DNA from: Amoebidium appalachense
Taxonomy: Eukaryota > Protista > Ichthyosporea
DNA length: 64,000 bases
Assembly: GCA_963693365.1 (NCBI GenBank)
Contig: CAVNZM010000001.1
Location: 6,960,907 to 7,024,906, forward strand
Direction of reading: 5' to 3'
Position 1 is the first letter of the stretch. Every line of letters starts with the position of its first letter. Both the position numbers and the translations under genes were made by a program. The notes beneath the pieces were generated by a model. It searched no databases. It worked only from the letters and a program-made list of their open reading frames with translations, and was not told the origin of the DNA. Positions 13,469 to 26,238 of this stretch are shown one piece after another.

Positions 13469-14026
13469 GTGTGTGTGTTGGTGTGTGAGTGTTTGTGTGT
13501 GTGCCTGCATGCGTGCGTGCGTGTGTGTTGGTGTGTGTGTGCATGCGTGTGTGCGCACGCCCGCACGCGTGCAGGTGTGTAAGTATTTTGGGGGGGTCCT
13601 AACCTGAGACAGGGCCTCCTGAACAGACGTAGCTTCTGACCAGTGAACCAAGTCCACAATGTTGCCCATCTGAAGCTCCTCGGCAGAGAACTGATGAAAA
13701 CCCCCGCCCGAATTTCAGCAATAAGGAAGACGCAACACCGGAAGCCACAGAACGGGGGGTTTTGGGGGGTGAGGGGGTTCCTAGTGTGCATGCAGGGTGG
13801 ACCCTATAGGTACACACACGCTCCCCCCTATCCATGTGTACAAACACTCAAATACCGAAGGAACACACACAAACACATATACACACACATACACAAGCAC
13901 GTGCATATGCACAAACACACCATGCACACAAGCACACGCACACACGCACACACGCACACACACCGATCCACCCATCCACCCACCGACCCACCCTACCACA
14001 CACACACACACACACACACACGCACG

Positions 14027-14069
<43 letters not shown>

Positions 14070-14234
14070 AAACCTACCCCGAGGGAATAGTTTCCAGACT
14101 CCAGCGCAAACACTATCCGCCCCGTCACGTCTGTGACAAGAATCAAATCCTGAAGCCCTTCAAGTTTGGGCTCACCAAGCTCATTCCGCTTCTTTTTCTG
14201 CTGCGTTAAAACGGCTTGCTCTTCTGCATTTTTT

Positions 14235-14290
<56 letters not shown>

Positions 14291-14558
14291 ATGTCTGTGT
14301 GTGTGTGTGCTTGCATGTGCATGTGTGTGTGCTTGCATGTGTGTGTGTGGTGTGGGACCGAGCAAGAAAGGGAGAGATAGGAGGAGTGCGTGTGTCTGTG
14401 TGCATGCAATTGTGTGTGAGCGTGTGTTTGTGGCACATGCCTGTGAGTGTTTGTGCCTTTGAAAGAGGAATAGTGTGTTTGTAAGGGGGGATAGGTCGCA
14501 TTTTTGTGAGGAGGAGGTCGTAATTGATATGTGAACACTAAAACCAGTCTCTCCCCCC

Positions 14559-14606
<48 letters not shown>

Positions 14607-14718
14607 AACTGGTGAGATACCCCCCTTCCTATGCAGAATCCAACTACGATACAGAGACACTCTTGTAAAAAAAACCAACATTTGCAGCAAATAATATCTG
14701 CATCAACTCTAGCCTCCC

Positions 14719-14749
<31 letters not shown>

Positions 14750-16076
14750 AAAACCACCCCACACACTCACACAAAAAAAAAGAACACAGAAAATTGCAAA
14801 ACAATCTCTGTAGTCAGTGCATCATTTAGGCGTATAGGTTTCGATAGTATAGCGGTAGCTAGAACGTTCGTCAGTCTATTAGGGTAGAAACTATGGAAAT
14901 TTTTAGGGAAAGGGAGGGGTGTGCGTGTGTGTGTGCGCGCGCGTGTTTGTTGTTGTTGTTGTTGTTTTTTTTTGGGGGGGGGGGGGGAGGGGGGAGGGGG
15001 GGGGGGGGGGGGGGCACGTACGGTCCACCAGCATCAAGGTCTCAGCATCGACCCCCTCCAGCATCTGAATTGCCCTCTCCAGCACTTGGGTCTGCAGCAG
15101 ACGCTTGCCGGTGTCCTCCGGTGCAACAAGCTGCAAAATTTCAAAGCAGTTTTAGACCCCCCTACGACCCACCCCATCCAATGTGCCACAGATAAATCTA
15201 GATACTCCCCCTCCTCCTCAAACCCACCACCACCACCACCGCACACCCTCTCCTCACTGTATGTCTGGGCCCCCCGCTGCTATGCCCCATAACAACATGC
15301 TCAAAGGCCTTCAACCTGAATAGTTTTTTCCCCTTCCCATTAGGGTATCTTGTCGTGCATACTGTGAAACCGCAATAAGAAATACGAAAAGGTGTGGATC
15401 ATGGACGCCAAATGAGGTAGGCGGTTGTTGATAGCCTCGGCTGGTGTTTTGTTTTGTGTCTCCACGTGTGCATGCCGGTGTGTGTGTCCGTGTGTACGTG
15501 TGTGTGATTTCAGTTCTGTTATACCTGTCAAAATTCACAAACAGAATCCGGATTGTGTGAATGGGTGTGTGCCTCATGTGCATACATCTCCGATCGGCCG
15601 CGGGAGCAAAATGGGTCTCCCAGTGCATGTGTCTCATTAGATGTCGTCAACCCAATGGTAGAAAGGATTATAAATGTTTGCACATCAATGCGACTCAGAT
15701 TGTACCGTCCATCGATCGACCTAATAAGCACAACCCAACATCTTCTTGAAATCTTACATGTAGAGAATGGTATGAGGTGCGAGGTACCCCATAAGGAACA
15801 TAGTGCAAGACAACATAACATGCAGGGGAGGGGGGGGGGGGGGGGGGGGGTTTGAATGCGGAACACGGTACGAAGTACGCATACACGACGAGAAGCATGG
15901 TGCAGGACACATGCAAAGGCAAACATTCAAGTATGCAACATCAGCCATGTGCACAGTATGCGTCATAAGCAGAGCCCATCCTCAGGGAGGACCCAAGTCA
16001 TCAATTGCGTCTGAGTTTCGACCCCTTAGCCCGCGTATATACGACGCTCCAACTCAGACAGCAGCATCAAATGAAC

Positions 16077-16113
<37 letters not shown>

Positions 16114-16243
16114 GAACATCTTGAGTGAAGCCACACTAAGGAAGATCTGTTGCAGGGATTTGAACACGCATAACACAATAGATGATATGCCCATATTAAA
16201 TTTTTTTTTTTTGTTTTTTTTTTTTTTTTTTTTTTTTGGGGGT

Positions 16244-16291
<48 letters not shown>

Positions 16292-16571
16292 CTGAAAACA
16301 GGACACTGTCAAACAACACGGACAAAAGAAGAACACGGTGTGGCAACACAACATTCACGTTATAAGTGACTCGCACATCGGGCGGACAGGTGGACAGGCA
16401 CAAGTAAGGGAGAGGAGGAGGGGGGTGGGGGGTGGATGGAGGCGGGGGGGGGGGGGGGGGGGGGGGGGGGAGCGGGGTTGTTACATACACTGCAGAGCAT
16501 TGAGTACACATTCATGACGGACAACGTCATACAGAGGGGAAGGGATGGGAGGCCCTGAGGTGTGTGTGTGT

Positions 16572-16612
<41 letters not shown>

Positions 16613-16859
16613 GGGGAGGAAGGGGGCCCGGGGGGGGGGGGGGGGGGAGGGGGGTTGGCTATATACCATAGTTAGCGGTATTCTTGACCTTCCTTGTCCG
16701 AATACCCGGCTCCCTTTGCCTCGGTACATTTCCGGGCCCTGGTGTTGCGCTTTCTTTCACATTTCTTTTGTCGGTTTCCGGAGATTTCGTCTCTCCACCT
16801 TCAGTGTCAGCCTCGTGTCTGCTCAACACTGCATGTGCACTCCACGCACTCAAATCCAT
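5624..16859 (-). CDS. HLH-PAS-PAS transcription factor (ARNT/BMAL/CLOCK-like) with low-complexity S/N/Q-rich C-terminus
   Basis: Exons on the minus strand: 16667-16859, 16489-16554, 15386-15440 ([15 protein letters not shown], helix 1), 15022-15130 ([16 protein letters not shown], helix 2), 14078-14223 and 13604-13690 (PAS-A: [19 protein letters not shown]...[19 protein letters not shown]), 12668-12706, ~11812-11917, ~11088-11201, ~10229-10321 (PAS-B: [20 protein letters not shown]), ~9509-9706 (PAC: [31 protein letters not shown]), ~9050-9130, ~8598-8689, ~7603-8011, ~6147-7036. The last exon is uncertain (stop at 5624 or 5766). The start codon and the helix-1 junction are uncertain. Confidence 0.85.
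5982..6113. repeat. Diverged, truncated copy A of the 228-bp intronic repeat
   Basis: gaatgcggaacac...gagaagcatggtgcaggacacatgcaaaggcaaacattcaagtatgcaacatcagc...gtcataagcaga...gagcccat aligns to the first ~130 bp of copies B and C. Also bounded by G-runs. Confidence 0.9.
12404..12631. repeat. 228-bp intronic interspersed repeat, copy B (flanked by G-tracts)
   Basis: Matches 15851-16078 except for one visible substitution (atcaactgaac vs atcaaatgaac). Contains a GTCTGAGTT...AACTCAGAC inverted repeat. Confidence 0.95.
15851..16078. repeat. 228-bp intronic interspersed repeat, copy C (flanked by G-tracts)
   Basis: Near-identical to 12404-12631, same orientation. Confidence 0.95.
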
Positions 16860-19559
16860 TGGGGGCTTCGTGCGCCCTCCCCCCCGGTCCAAATTTCCAT
16901 CCATTCTACCTTGTTTCTGCTGTGTATTCCTTGATACGTTCTGTTTTGCAACCGGCACCTCCGGAAAGCCGCTTGAGGTAAAAGAAGTAAAAAAGGATGC
17001 GATGGTTTTCAGAACAACCGAAAGAAAACAGGGGGCTTCCGGCCTCTAGATCTCTTCTCGGTTTTTGATGTACCGTTTACACTTTGCGTCCTTAATGTAA
17101 TACCGACACGGTGGCGATCTGTAGGGCAACAGACGAATGAGTACTGTCGACACAAAGAAGTTGCGAGCAGCCTGGTGTAGGTGGAACGGGGACCTTCAAG
17201 AGTCTCAAAAAAAAGATCAAAGAAGCCTTCGGGACTCGGGGGGAAGAGAGAGGAGGGGGAGGGGGGGGGGGGGGGGGGGGGTCGAATAAACCAACGTAAA
17301 AAAAAAAAAAGTTGGAGGCACCACAGCAAGAAAAGAAGGAAGATAGAACTTCGAAGCAGGCACACCAAATACACAGGAAGAGCCTCAGGAGGGCCTACTA
17401 GTAAGAGGAGTTTGGCTCTGGCATACCCGATCCGTAGAAACTCTACAAAACACCCCGCCCGGCAGGTGACAACCTTGAGCAGACTACATCCGAGAACATC
17501 AAAACTCAAAACCCCACGAAAAAAAATGCTGCCAAGCCTTGCAGTCCGGACCACTCAGGTACATAACGTATGTTGGCAAGGTCTTACAGGGTCACACACT
17601 GTTGGCTGCCCAAGAAAAAACACGTGTGCCCTCATGGCGCAAACACCTATCCGGAGAAATGTGTGCAAGCAAAGTGATATATGCTGACAGTCGAGAAAAA
17701 CCATAACGCAGAGTCCCGGAACCATGGGACCGAAATGCGGACCTTGAATCGGGACTATTGTGACAATGATTGTTTGAAAAAGAAACCTACAGTCTTGAGT
17801 CTCAATTATGTGTGTGGAACTTCGAGAATGAGGGGCAAGTGGACCAAACGTGTGAAGCCTGCCTGGCTCCACCAATAAACGGGTTAAGCCTGCGTGAAGC
17901 CAAAGGACAGTGCACAGGCACACACACATAGTGTCATACACACACACGGCAGTCACAAGCAGAATACTACCCACTAAAATGATTGCGACGACGCCGGTTT
18001 AGCCTCATGGTCTCGGACCCGCCGCCTTCTGTCCACCGCCGGTCACTCAGACCAGTGTCACTTCGTTGCACAGTGATAGCACAGCATCGGAGTCCTTCCT
18101 AACACACTGTTACGGAGTCCTTCCTATCACACTGTTACATGCACACACCATATATAACATAGCTGTAGAAAAAAAGTTCAAGCCAAGACATTGAAGAGTG
18201 AGACTTCTCCCGTTGCGGCACGCACCTGACCGGAAATTCCCCAAATTTGACTCGGCCACATGTACAAATTTATAAGAAATTTCAGGACTTAGTCCGTCAT
18301 CCTCGTTACGTCATTTCTGGCTTATCAATGGATATGTAAGCGGAAAGGGGTAAAATGCTTTTATGAGGTAAGCACATTAGACTAAGGTGTGGCGGCGGAG
18401 TGTGCGCTTGGGTCAAAACGGCGTACAGCGCGCAGCTGGCAGGTAACTTGTACGTGGGGAGAGCTGACATTCCAGAGTCTTCCTAGATGTTGACGTTCCT
18501 CTAGCCTGGTGACGTGAGGGGGTCCTTATGTATTATCAGTTCCCAATAACTGAAAGTGAGCATTCATTACAATAGGTTTTTTTAATTTTAAAACCTTTTC
18601 AAGGATATTAGAAGAAAATTTTGGCAATGATTATTCTTTGTACGGCCCCATGTTTCCTGTATTTAGATGGCCAATGGCCAATGAGAAATGATTGAGGCAG
18701 CAAATATTCTTCAATTATTATTGGTCGTCGGTCAAACAGCGCTACTACAATAGTACAGCGCTCGCGCGGGTGGGGGCTTGGGATTCGGGAACCAGATCTA
18801 TGGGGGCCCGATAAAATAAAGCACATAGATGTCGATATTTATGTTTTCCCCGTTTATACGCCCCCATTTTTTCCCTGCAGTAATTTGGCAAATATTTAAC
18901 GTATACATGTCACTAAATTATTGTGGTTTATTAAAATAAGCGAGAAGAGTTAGGTACAAAATCAATTAGGTTTTCATCTGAAATTTGCTCATGGCCAATT
19001 TTGTATATCAATTTGACAGCACGTTCCGCTGCAAGAGTGCAGATATATGGCGCCAGCAGACTCTGACTTGGAGTGTGGTGGGAAAACTTATACCTGAATT
19101 CTTGCTTCTAAGGCATAAACTAGCTAGATATTTATGCAGGACAAAAAATTCATACACACACGAGCCTTTCTCTAGAAATGCCCGCGTGCAGCGTGCCGAT
19201 TCTTTCAGTGAATCCCCGCCACCAACTTGATACGCGCAATGGCGTTGAACTCGACAGATTTCCGACACAAGGGCATTTGGGAGAGAAAAGAAATGTATTG
19301 TTAGACCTATATTTAATTATTAAATATATGGAAAGAGTAAAACGTGTACTGAAATCCAGGAATGCAACTATCAAGCCCAATACGGCGGAAAGTTCACGTG
19401 CACCATTTCAAACATGCACGTGTATGGTAGTTCCCGCCTGCCAAATTTGGCCAGCCTGCGACTCTGGCGAGCCCAGCCACTGATGGGCCCGCTGAGGGCT
19501 CGTAAAAAAAAGACACAGTTCCCATTTTTTATTATTTACATTTTCATGTTATACTCATG

Positions 19560-21111
19560 CCCTTCTCCTTCACAACACTATCCGTTCTGGCTGTCGCGAG
19601 GCATGTTTCATCGACCTTAAGACTGCCTACGACACGGTTCCGACGAATTTGCTTTGGCATAAGCTGCAGCGAATCGTGGACTCCCACTTCCATTTATTTG
19701 GTCGGCTCCTTCAGGCGTTATTTGACCGTACTCATGGGGCTGCCGTTGTGAATGGGGTACTGAGTAATGGCTTTAGTCGCACTCGAGGCCTTTTGCAGGG
19801 CTCCCTTTTGAGCCCCCTTCTTTTCGATGTCTTCATTGACGACTTAGCGGTAGAAATTCAACAATTTCCAGTCGCAGGCGACTCTTGTATTTCGGGTCTT
19901 TTTTTCGCTGATGACATTGTGTTAGTCACTCATGATCCCTTCATTATGTATAACATGCTGTCTCGAGTGGATATAATCATTGGTGTTTCCGAAATTTCAT
20001 AAAAATTGGGATCGATAAATGCGGCACATTTTCACCCAATTCACATTACACACTGAACAATCAACTTATTCCGGTCGTGTCCTCCTATGACTACTTACAA
20101 TAGGTATTCCTTTTACCTCTCAGGGTATTTGCTTTGAACGCCTTTTGACTTCGCGCATTTCCCGTGCGCGTGGTCGTTTATATATTTATCAGGGAATTTT
20201 CGCAAATATTTCTAATGTTCATCCTGCTAATCTGCGCATGCTTACTCTTTATAAAGTTTTTCTTCGCCTAATTGTTTCGAATATGGCCTCCCGTTACTCT
20301 TGTGTGCCAATCCACGGCATGCACAGCGCGGAGCTCTTCGGTAATCCGATTCCTTCCAGCGTGAATTCATCCAATTTGTTTCTCGGACCTCGCGTCGGCA
20401 TCCTTTGGCGGCTCCTTTGCTGAGTGAGTGTCTTTGGTCTTCCGCCGGCGAGTCAGCATATGAATGAATTAGGATTTCGCTTTTGTTTTCATTTGGCTAG
20501 GCTCCCTTCTTATCATCCTTGGGTGCAATTCCTTCCTCCTTTTGAACCTGTTCCCATGATTTCTAATGTTCGTGCGAAAGGTCCTATCGCCAATCTATCT
20601 CCCATTCGGAGATATCCTCTTAGATATTTACCTCCTTTATTCTTCTCTTCCAATATCTATCAGCAGTATGTTACTTGGTTTCATACTCAATACCCTTTGC
20701 TTCACCATGTTGATGAAGAGTATCATGGTAGGACTCTTGAGCCCGTGCTTCTTTTTATATTAGAGACTCGCCCCTATACAATCGTTGTGTAGATTAGCTC
20801 CTTATATTCATCCTTCCTCTCGTAAACCTACCACTCTTACTGATTTTGCCATTCTAACCCCTTCTTGTGCTATCGCTTGAAAATGTTTATTTTGGCGTTG
20901 TAATCTTTGTATCCATGACTGTTTGTGCCACTTTTGTGCCGAACCTTTTTCTCGTAAACATTTAGATAGATGTATTTATTTATCTCAGATTATTCCGTTG
21001 GAAGTTAGAAGACTGGCTTATTTAGATACCCCTGATATTAGGTCTATTGACTATCTATTAAATCACCGAATGTGTAACGAGTTTCCTCGGGTGTATGATT
21101 ATCATCACTAA
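19560..21111 (+). mobile_element. Degenerate non-LTR retrotransposon (LINE-type RT plus C-terminal CCHC knuckle), 5'-truncated, frameshifted
   Basis: RT motifs FIDLKTAYDTV, GLLQGSLLSPLLFDVFIDDL, FFADDIVLV, KIGIDKCG, YDYL/GIPF, followed by WRCN...CHFCAEPFSRKHLDRC...IDYLLN. Several stops and frameshifts. AT-rich and free of microsatellites. Confidence 0.9.
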
Positions 21112-21129
21112 GTCGTTATCTTATCCGTA

Positions 21130-21506
21130 TCCGAGAGTAAGGTTTTTTTGTATCTTCTTCGCTGAGATATCTGTGATATCTCGATTGCCTCTATTTCGAC
21201 GAGAACATCAATAAAGTGGCTTGGCGGTGTAATCGGTTTCTGGTGTCTCCTGCTCGTATGTGTAATATGTGTGGGGGGCGGTTTACTCGCGGCTGCATAT
21301 CTATCAATAAATGCAACCTGTTAGCTAATGTATTAGAACCGGAGGTTATTGGCGGTTTTATTCTCTTTTCTTCATCACTTCCTCAATATATCCGTTTTAA
21401 GATGACTATCCTAGATCACCTTATTAATGCTGCACAGTATGATATTGTGATCCGGTGCCTTAACTTTCTGTCGGAGCTACCGATGCTAGCATCTGCTTAC
21501 CCATAA
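21130..21506 (+). mobile_element. 3'-terminal fragment of a second, related non-LTR element
   Basis: WRCNRFLVSPARMCNMCGGRFTRGC...KCNLL...ILDHLIN parallels the C-terminus of the adjacent element. Confidence 0.7.
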
Positions 21507-21556
21507 TATGTAATAGGGGTGTCAGATCCTACGATGGCGCTCATTGTTGCCTAGCA

Positions 21557-21667
21557 TGTACATATGTCACTGGCTGCATTTGATTGGCTGTGCTGGAAAA
21601 CGCAGTAGGCCGTCGAATGTGGCTGGGCCTCCGGCAATGTCCACGCAATAAAAAGTGTGTAAACCCC
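21557..21667 (+). repeat. ~110-bp dispersed repeat following LINE 3' fragments (second copy at 25596-25707)
   Basis: tgtacata.g.cact.gctgcatttgattggctg.gct.gaa.acgcagtaggc.gtc...gcaataaa.agtg.gtaaacccc is shared by both copies. Includes ATTGG and AATAAA. Confidence 0.8.
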
Positions 21668-23040
21668 ATTATTAAGGTGAAAAAACATTTTCATTGGGGT
21701 TTGAACTTAGGGGAGCTTAATAGATAAGAATATATAATGATCCAATCGCTTTCGCACTCGTTCATTCACGCATTTTATTGGTCTGATGCACGTTGCAGCC
21801 TGCAGCATGATGATCATCGTAGCAACTAGAAATTTCGAACCCTTATGATCACGAACATGTCATGACATCATGGGATGATATACAAACAGCCTGATGTTAC
21901 ACCTGGGGGGTTTTCCTTTTTTTTCTTTTCTTTCTTTTTTCCCCCTTTTCTTTTCCTTTCTTTTATCTTTTTAACCCTCTTTTATAGTATCCCTTTATTT
22001 CCATTTGGGCCCGGCCGAGCCGGGACCCCGGGCGGGGGGGGGGGGGGGGGGGGGGGGGGGAATGTTGGCAGGCTACGATGCAGAGCGCTGGTCAACGTCC
22101 GGCCTGAGTCATCTGGCCTCAGATGATATATAGGTCGGGATTCGGGAAGAAGAGGAATAAATGATTTGGAGGTTTTGTAAGCAGCTTGGCACAATGAACA
22201 CTCCAAATCACGGTTTTTTAGCCACCCGGCGTGCCCGGGCCAGTCGGGAGTCTGTCGCGCACGATCCCCTTGAGAATGCAAAAATTTCGCACTCGCGTGA
22301 TCATCATGTGATCGTGTGTGCTCAGGTCACACGCCAGTTGTACCGTCCGACGCAAAAACGCACAGTATTAAAAAATAAAAAGGTGGGCTTCGAAGGGATT
22401 TCTGTCTTTTCGGGGGGTACTATAATTAGTGTTTAATAGGGGGTTACAGGGGGTTCCCAGCCCAAACACCTCTAGCCCAACCCGAGTCCCTTAATATCTC
22501 ATAGGCTGCAGCGTGCGTGTGTGCGTGGGGCCTTGCTAGCAAGTTCCAGAATCCTCCCCGACATGTACATGTTGCCTGATCATCCGATGGCATCGTTTGG
22601 GCCAACGCGTACAGTCATAGGCCTCATTTTCTTTGTAATTCAGGACTTAGGAGGAAATACATCCGATAATCTTACGTTTTTGTACTTCATACTTGTGCCA
22701 TCTCAAAAACCAGTCACAGCGCATTAGCTTTCTCAGAAGGGTGCAAACTAAATCGAACATGATGGATTGGATGAAAGTGGCTCCCTAATGAAAACCCTCC
22801 AATATGGAGTGAACTGGGCCACGTGCCCACGGCTGTTCGTGCATGCAGCACACATGTACAGCTGTGCCCGCTGCATCGGGTGACGATTCGGGTCACGGTC
22901 GGGCTCCATGTACAACAGTTACTCAGGCCATGATATTATTAGCCTAGCCACTGGGTGGTTAACGTTGGTTCACTATTAGCTAAAGGATCATGATCATGTC
23001 TGAGCTTGGGCTGTAGTAGGGCTCGTGTACGGGCCCCCCG

Positions 23041-23094
<54 letters not shown>

Positions 23095-23366
23095 ATGATA
23101 TGCCATATGCCCCCCCCCCCCCTCCCGCTGGCCATGGACGTAGACGTGTTTTTACGTCTTGTAAGACAAAATTACAGGTTTTCTCATTTTTCGATCGCTT
23201 TCCCGTTCGAGGCTAACAAGCTAGGTGTTGCCAGGGTTAGACAATACCCCAAAAATACCCTAAAAAATACCCCACTGCCAGAAAAAAATACCCCGCCTGG
23301 AAGAGGCTGGGGTACACTACCCTTCCTGCGTAGGGTACGTGGCCGGATAGTGGAGTGTACATATAG

Positions 23367-23408
<42 letters not shown>

Positions 23409-24053
23409 AAGCACCAGCTGGGGCCGGGTGGGAATTCGGTGATAGGCTATTATTTTCATGCATGGGATAGTTCGCTCGGTTATCCAGCACTCAGCAGTCA
23501 AGTAAAATGAATTTTGGCCACCGTAATGGTAAAATTGGGGAACCTTTTGACATAATCTTAAGGTTACAATGTCATGGCCTTACACCAGTCTGATGGTTAC
23601 TTTCGTTTTTTTTGGCGCAAAACTCCCTCCCTTCAGTCAAAACACAGCCTTCAAGTCAGTTGTCAGGTGACTCAGAGCCGGTTTTTCTTTAAGTTCTCAC
23701 GTGTCACGCTTTCACCCGTTTTTTTTTTTGGGCCCTTTCGCTGTAGGTCACTCTCTCCATTGGCAAACACGCGCTTCCTAGGGTAGCCCTTGTGGCTGCC
23801 AGCACTCGGCAGCCTGACCATCGCTTTTCAGATGGGAAGGAGCAGTCGAAGCCTGGCCCTAAAACACTCAAGTTGGGCGATTTTCTTAAACACGCTTGCG
23901 GTGGTCAAGGCAAAGAAGGCCAAGCAGTCTGGTACGGTCACCACTGAAATGTCTGTGGGCCAGGAATCGGGTGCTAATATTTCGGTTGCCAAGGAGGTGG
24001 CGGAGGTGGTGGAGGAAAATGCAGCCGTCTCTAACCCCCCCGGCCCGGGGGAA

Positions 24054-24087
<34 letters not shown>

Positions 24088-24149
24088 AACGAGAGGGATA
24101 TTACGTTGGAACTGGAAAGAAAGCCCAGTTGCCTGTAGGCGGAGGAGAC

Positions 24150-24319
24150 AGGCAGAGAGAGAGCTGGGAGGGTAGTGAGGGAGGGGTGGGGGTGGGGGGA
24201 GAGGGGGAGGCTTCGGAGAGAAAGAGAGACCGGGAGTCTCAGAGCACCGTGAGAGAGGGGGAGAGAGAGAGACAAAGAGACTCTTGGGGAGAGAGGGAGA
24301 GAGAGAAAGTAGAGAGGAG

Positions 24320-24384
<65 letters not shown>

Positions 24385-24579
24385 AGAGCGAGTGATTGAA
24401 AACTGCCTGAGAGAGAGACTCGGGCGGGGGGAGGGGGGGGGGAAGGGGGGGAGACGGTGAGAGAGAGAGACAGAGAGACAGAGAGAGGGAGAGGAGGAAG
24501 AACGTGAAGAGAGAGAGACCGTCTGGAAAGCCTGAGGGAAGAGGGGGCGAGAGAGAGAGAGAGAGAGAGAGAAAGAGTA

Positions 24580-24625
<46 letters not shown>

Positions 24626-24763
24626 CGAAAGAAAGAGAGAGACTGGGGGGGGGGGGGGGGGGGGAGATAGAGAGATAGAGAGAGAGAGCGAAAGAAAGAG
24701 AGAGACTGGGGGGGAGGGGGAGAGAGAGAGAGGCAGCGAGAGGGAGGGAGGGAGGGAGGGAGG

Positions 24764-24808
<45 letters not shown>

Positions 24809-24835
24809 GGAGAGAGAGGAGAAGAGAGAGAGACT
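24150..24835. repeat. Long (GA)n / G-rich purine tract
   Basis: Near-continuous purine dinucleotide repeats interrupted by G-runs. Confidence 0.9.
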
Positions 24836-25379
24836 TCAGATCTATTGAAGGGGGTGCGCGGGCGCCCCAAGAGAGGAAGTGACCGTAAGGGAAATCCTCA
24901 GGAGAAAGACTTATCTAAGAAACGACCACCGTTGAAGCTAGAGACACGGAGAGAACTTAGCACACAGGAATAGGTGCGAATTTGGTGACACTAAGCAAAG
25001 CTTTTCAGCGGGCGGCGCGCTGCGCGCGCCTCAGGCTATTCATTAAAGTTAGTCAGCAACGCAATGTCTCTATCCTGAGATGAACAGGCGATTATAACAC
25101 CTAAACGAAAGTTAGACTGGCTGTCTCGGGTTATAATGATGCGGGTAGGCGAGTGTGACATGCGTGCTCAGTGAAACAAAATCCCTGAGTTTCAAAAGCA
25201 CCTGTATCAAGTGTGTTTTGGCTTCTCACCTGCGACGAGGGGCTCCCCGCCAGAGGATATATTTACATATTAGCGGATAGGTATACAAAGGTTTATCTGA
25301 TCTATCCAAAGTACGTATATCCTGGAAATACCCCACCTTTCGCGAGGCCAAAATGGATGACGTCACAAAACTTCGGAAA

Positions 25380-25595
25380 ATACCCGACTTGAAACCCAAA
25401 TGTCGAACCCTGCTTCCGTACTTAATCTTTCGAGTCTCTTCCAGTGTTAGGACAGCAAAAACACCAACTACTAGTAGCCTATTTGGCGGATAAAGTTAGA
25501 GCGTCTCGTTCATACATAGACTTATCTATTCAGGATGTTGTGTGGTATAAATACGCAAAGATGATTATGTCTTGGTGGTGTAATCGTTTTTTGGT
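25380..25595 (+). mobile_element. Third non-LTR C-terminal fragment
   Basis: YLADKVRASRSYIDLSI...MSWWCNRFLV shares the W(R/W)CNRFLV motif with 21216-21250. Confidence 0.55.
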
Positions 25596-26151
25596 TGTAC
25601 ATACGCCACTAGCTGCATTTGATTGGCTGCGCTTGAAGACGCAGTAGGCTGTCAAGTGAGGCGCGGCCCCTGACGATGTCAGCAGCAATAAATAGTGCGT
25701 AAACCCCCTTCCGTACGCGTGTAAAAAATTTTTTTTTTGCCCGTGTAATTTGATCGGGGCCCCAACAGCGCTCGCTTCGCTCGCCCTCCCAAAACCATCT
25801 GGTATCTTCGATTGCGATCTCGTGCACTGCATGACGTCACAAAACAGAACATCCTGTTACAGATTTCGATAGCACTGATAGGTGATTCGCAGGCGATCAC
25901 ATGTTTTATCGATCTACCCGCCAGTGTTTCCTGTCATTTAATGCAACAAAAGCTCCGATGCCCAATCATATATGTTCGATTCCCAATGAATGGATTCAAC
26001 GTTAAATTCACCAATCACATAATATCGTGTGCGATTCGATTTTCGGTTGCACCCTCGTTTCCCAAGCTCCCCCCCCCCCCCCCCCCCCCCCCCCCCCGCC
26101 CCCGCCCCCGCCCCCGCCCCCCGCCCCCGCCCAAAAATTTCGAGGTGGGAA

Positions 26152-26185
<34 letters not shown>

Positions 26186-26192
26186 TTTTTTT

Positions 26193-26238
<46 letters not shown>

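Noticed and set aside
17009-17974. ORFs of 139-181 aa upstream of the HLH-PAS gene
   Set aside because: They overlap on opposite strands, span homopolymers and have no motifs. More likely 5' UTR or promoter sequence.
23222-23300. hAT-like terminus (taggtgttgcca) with aaatacccc subterminal repeats
   Set aside because: No matching opposite terminus or TSD could be located.
25660-25710. Hammerhead or HDV-like ribozyme in the LINE-associated 110-bp repeat (CTGACGA)
   Set aside because: There is no properly placed GAAA or stems, and the motif is not conserved in the second copy.
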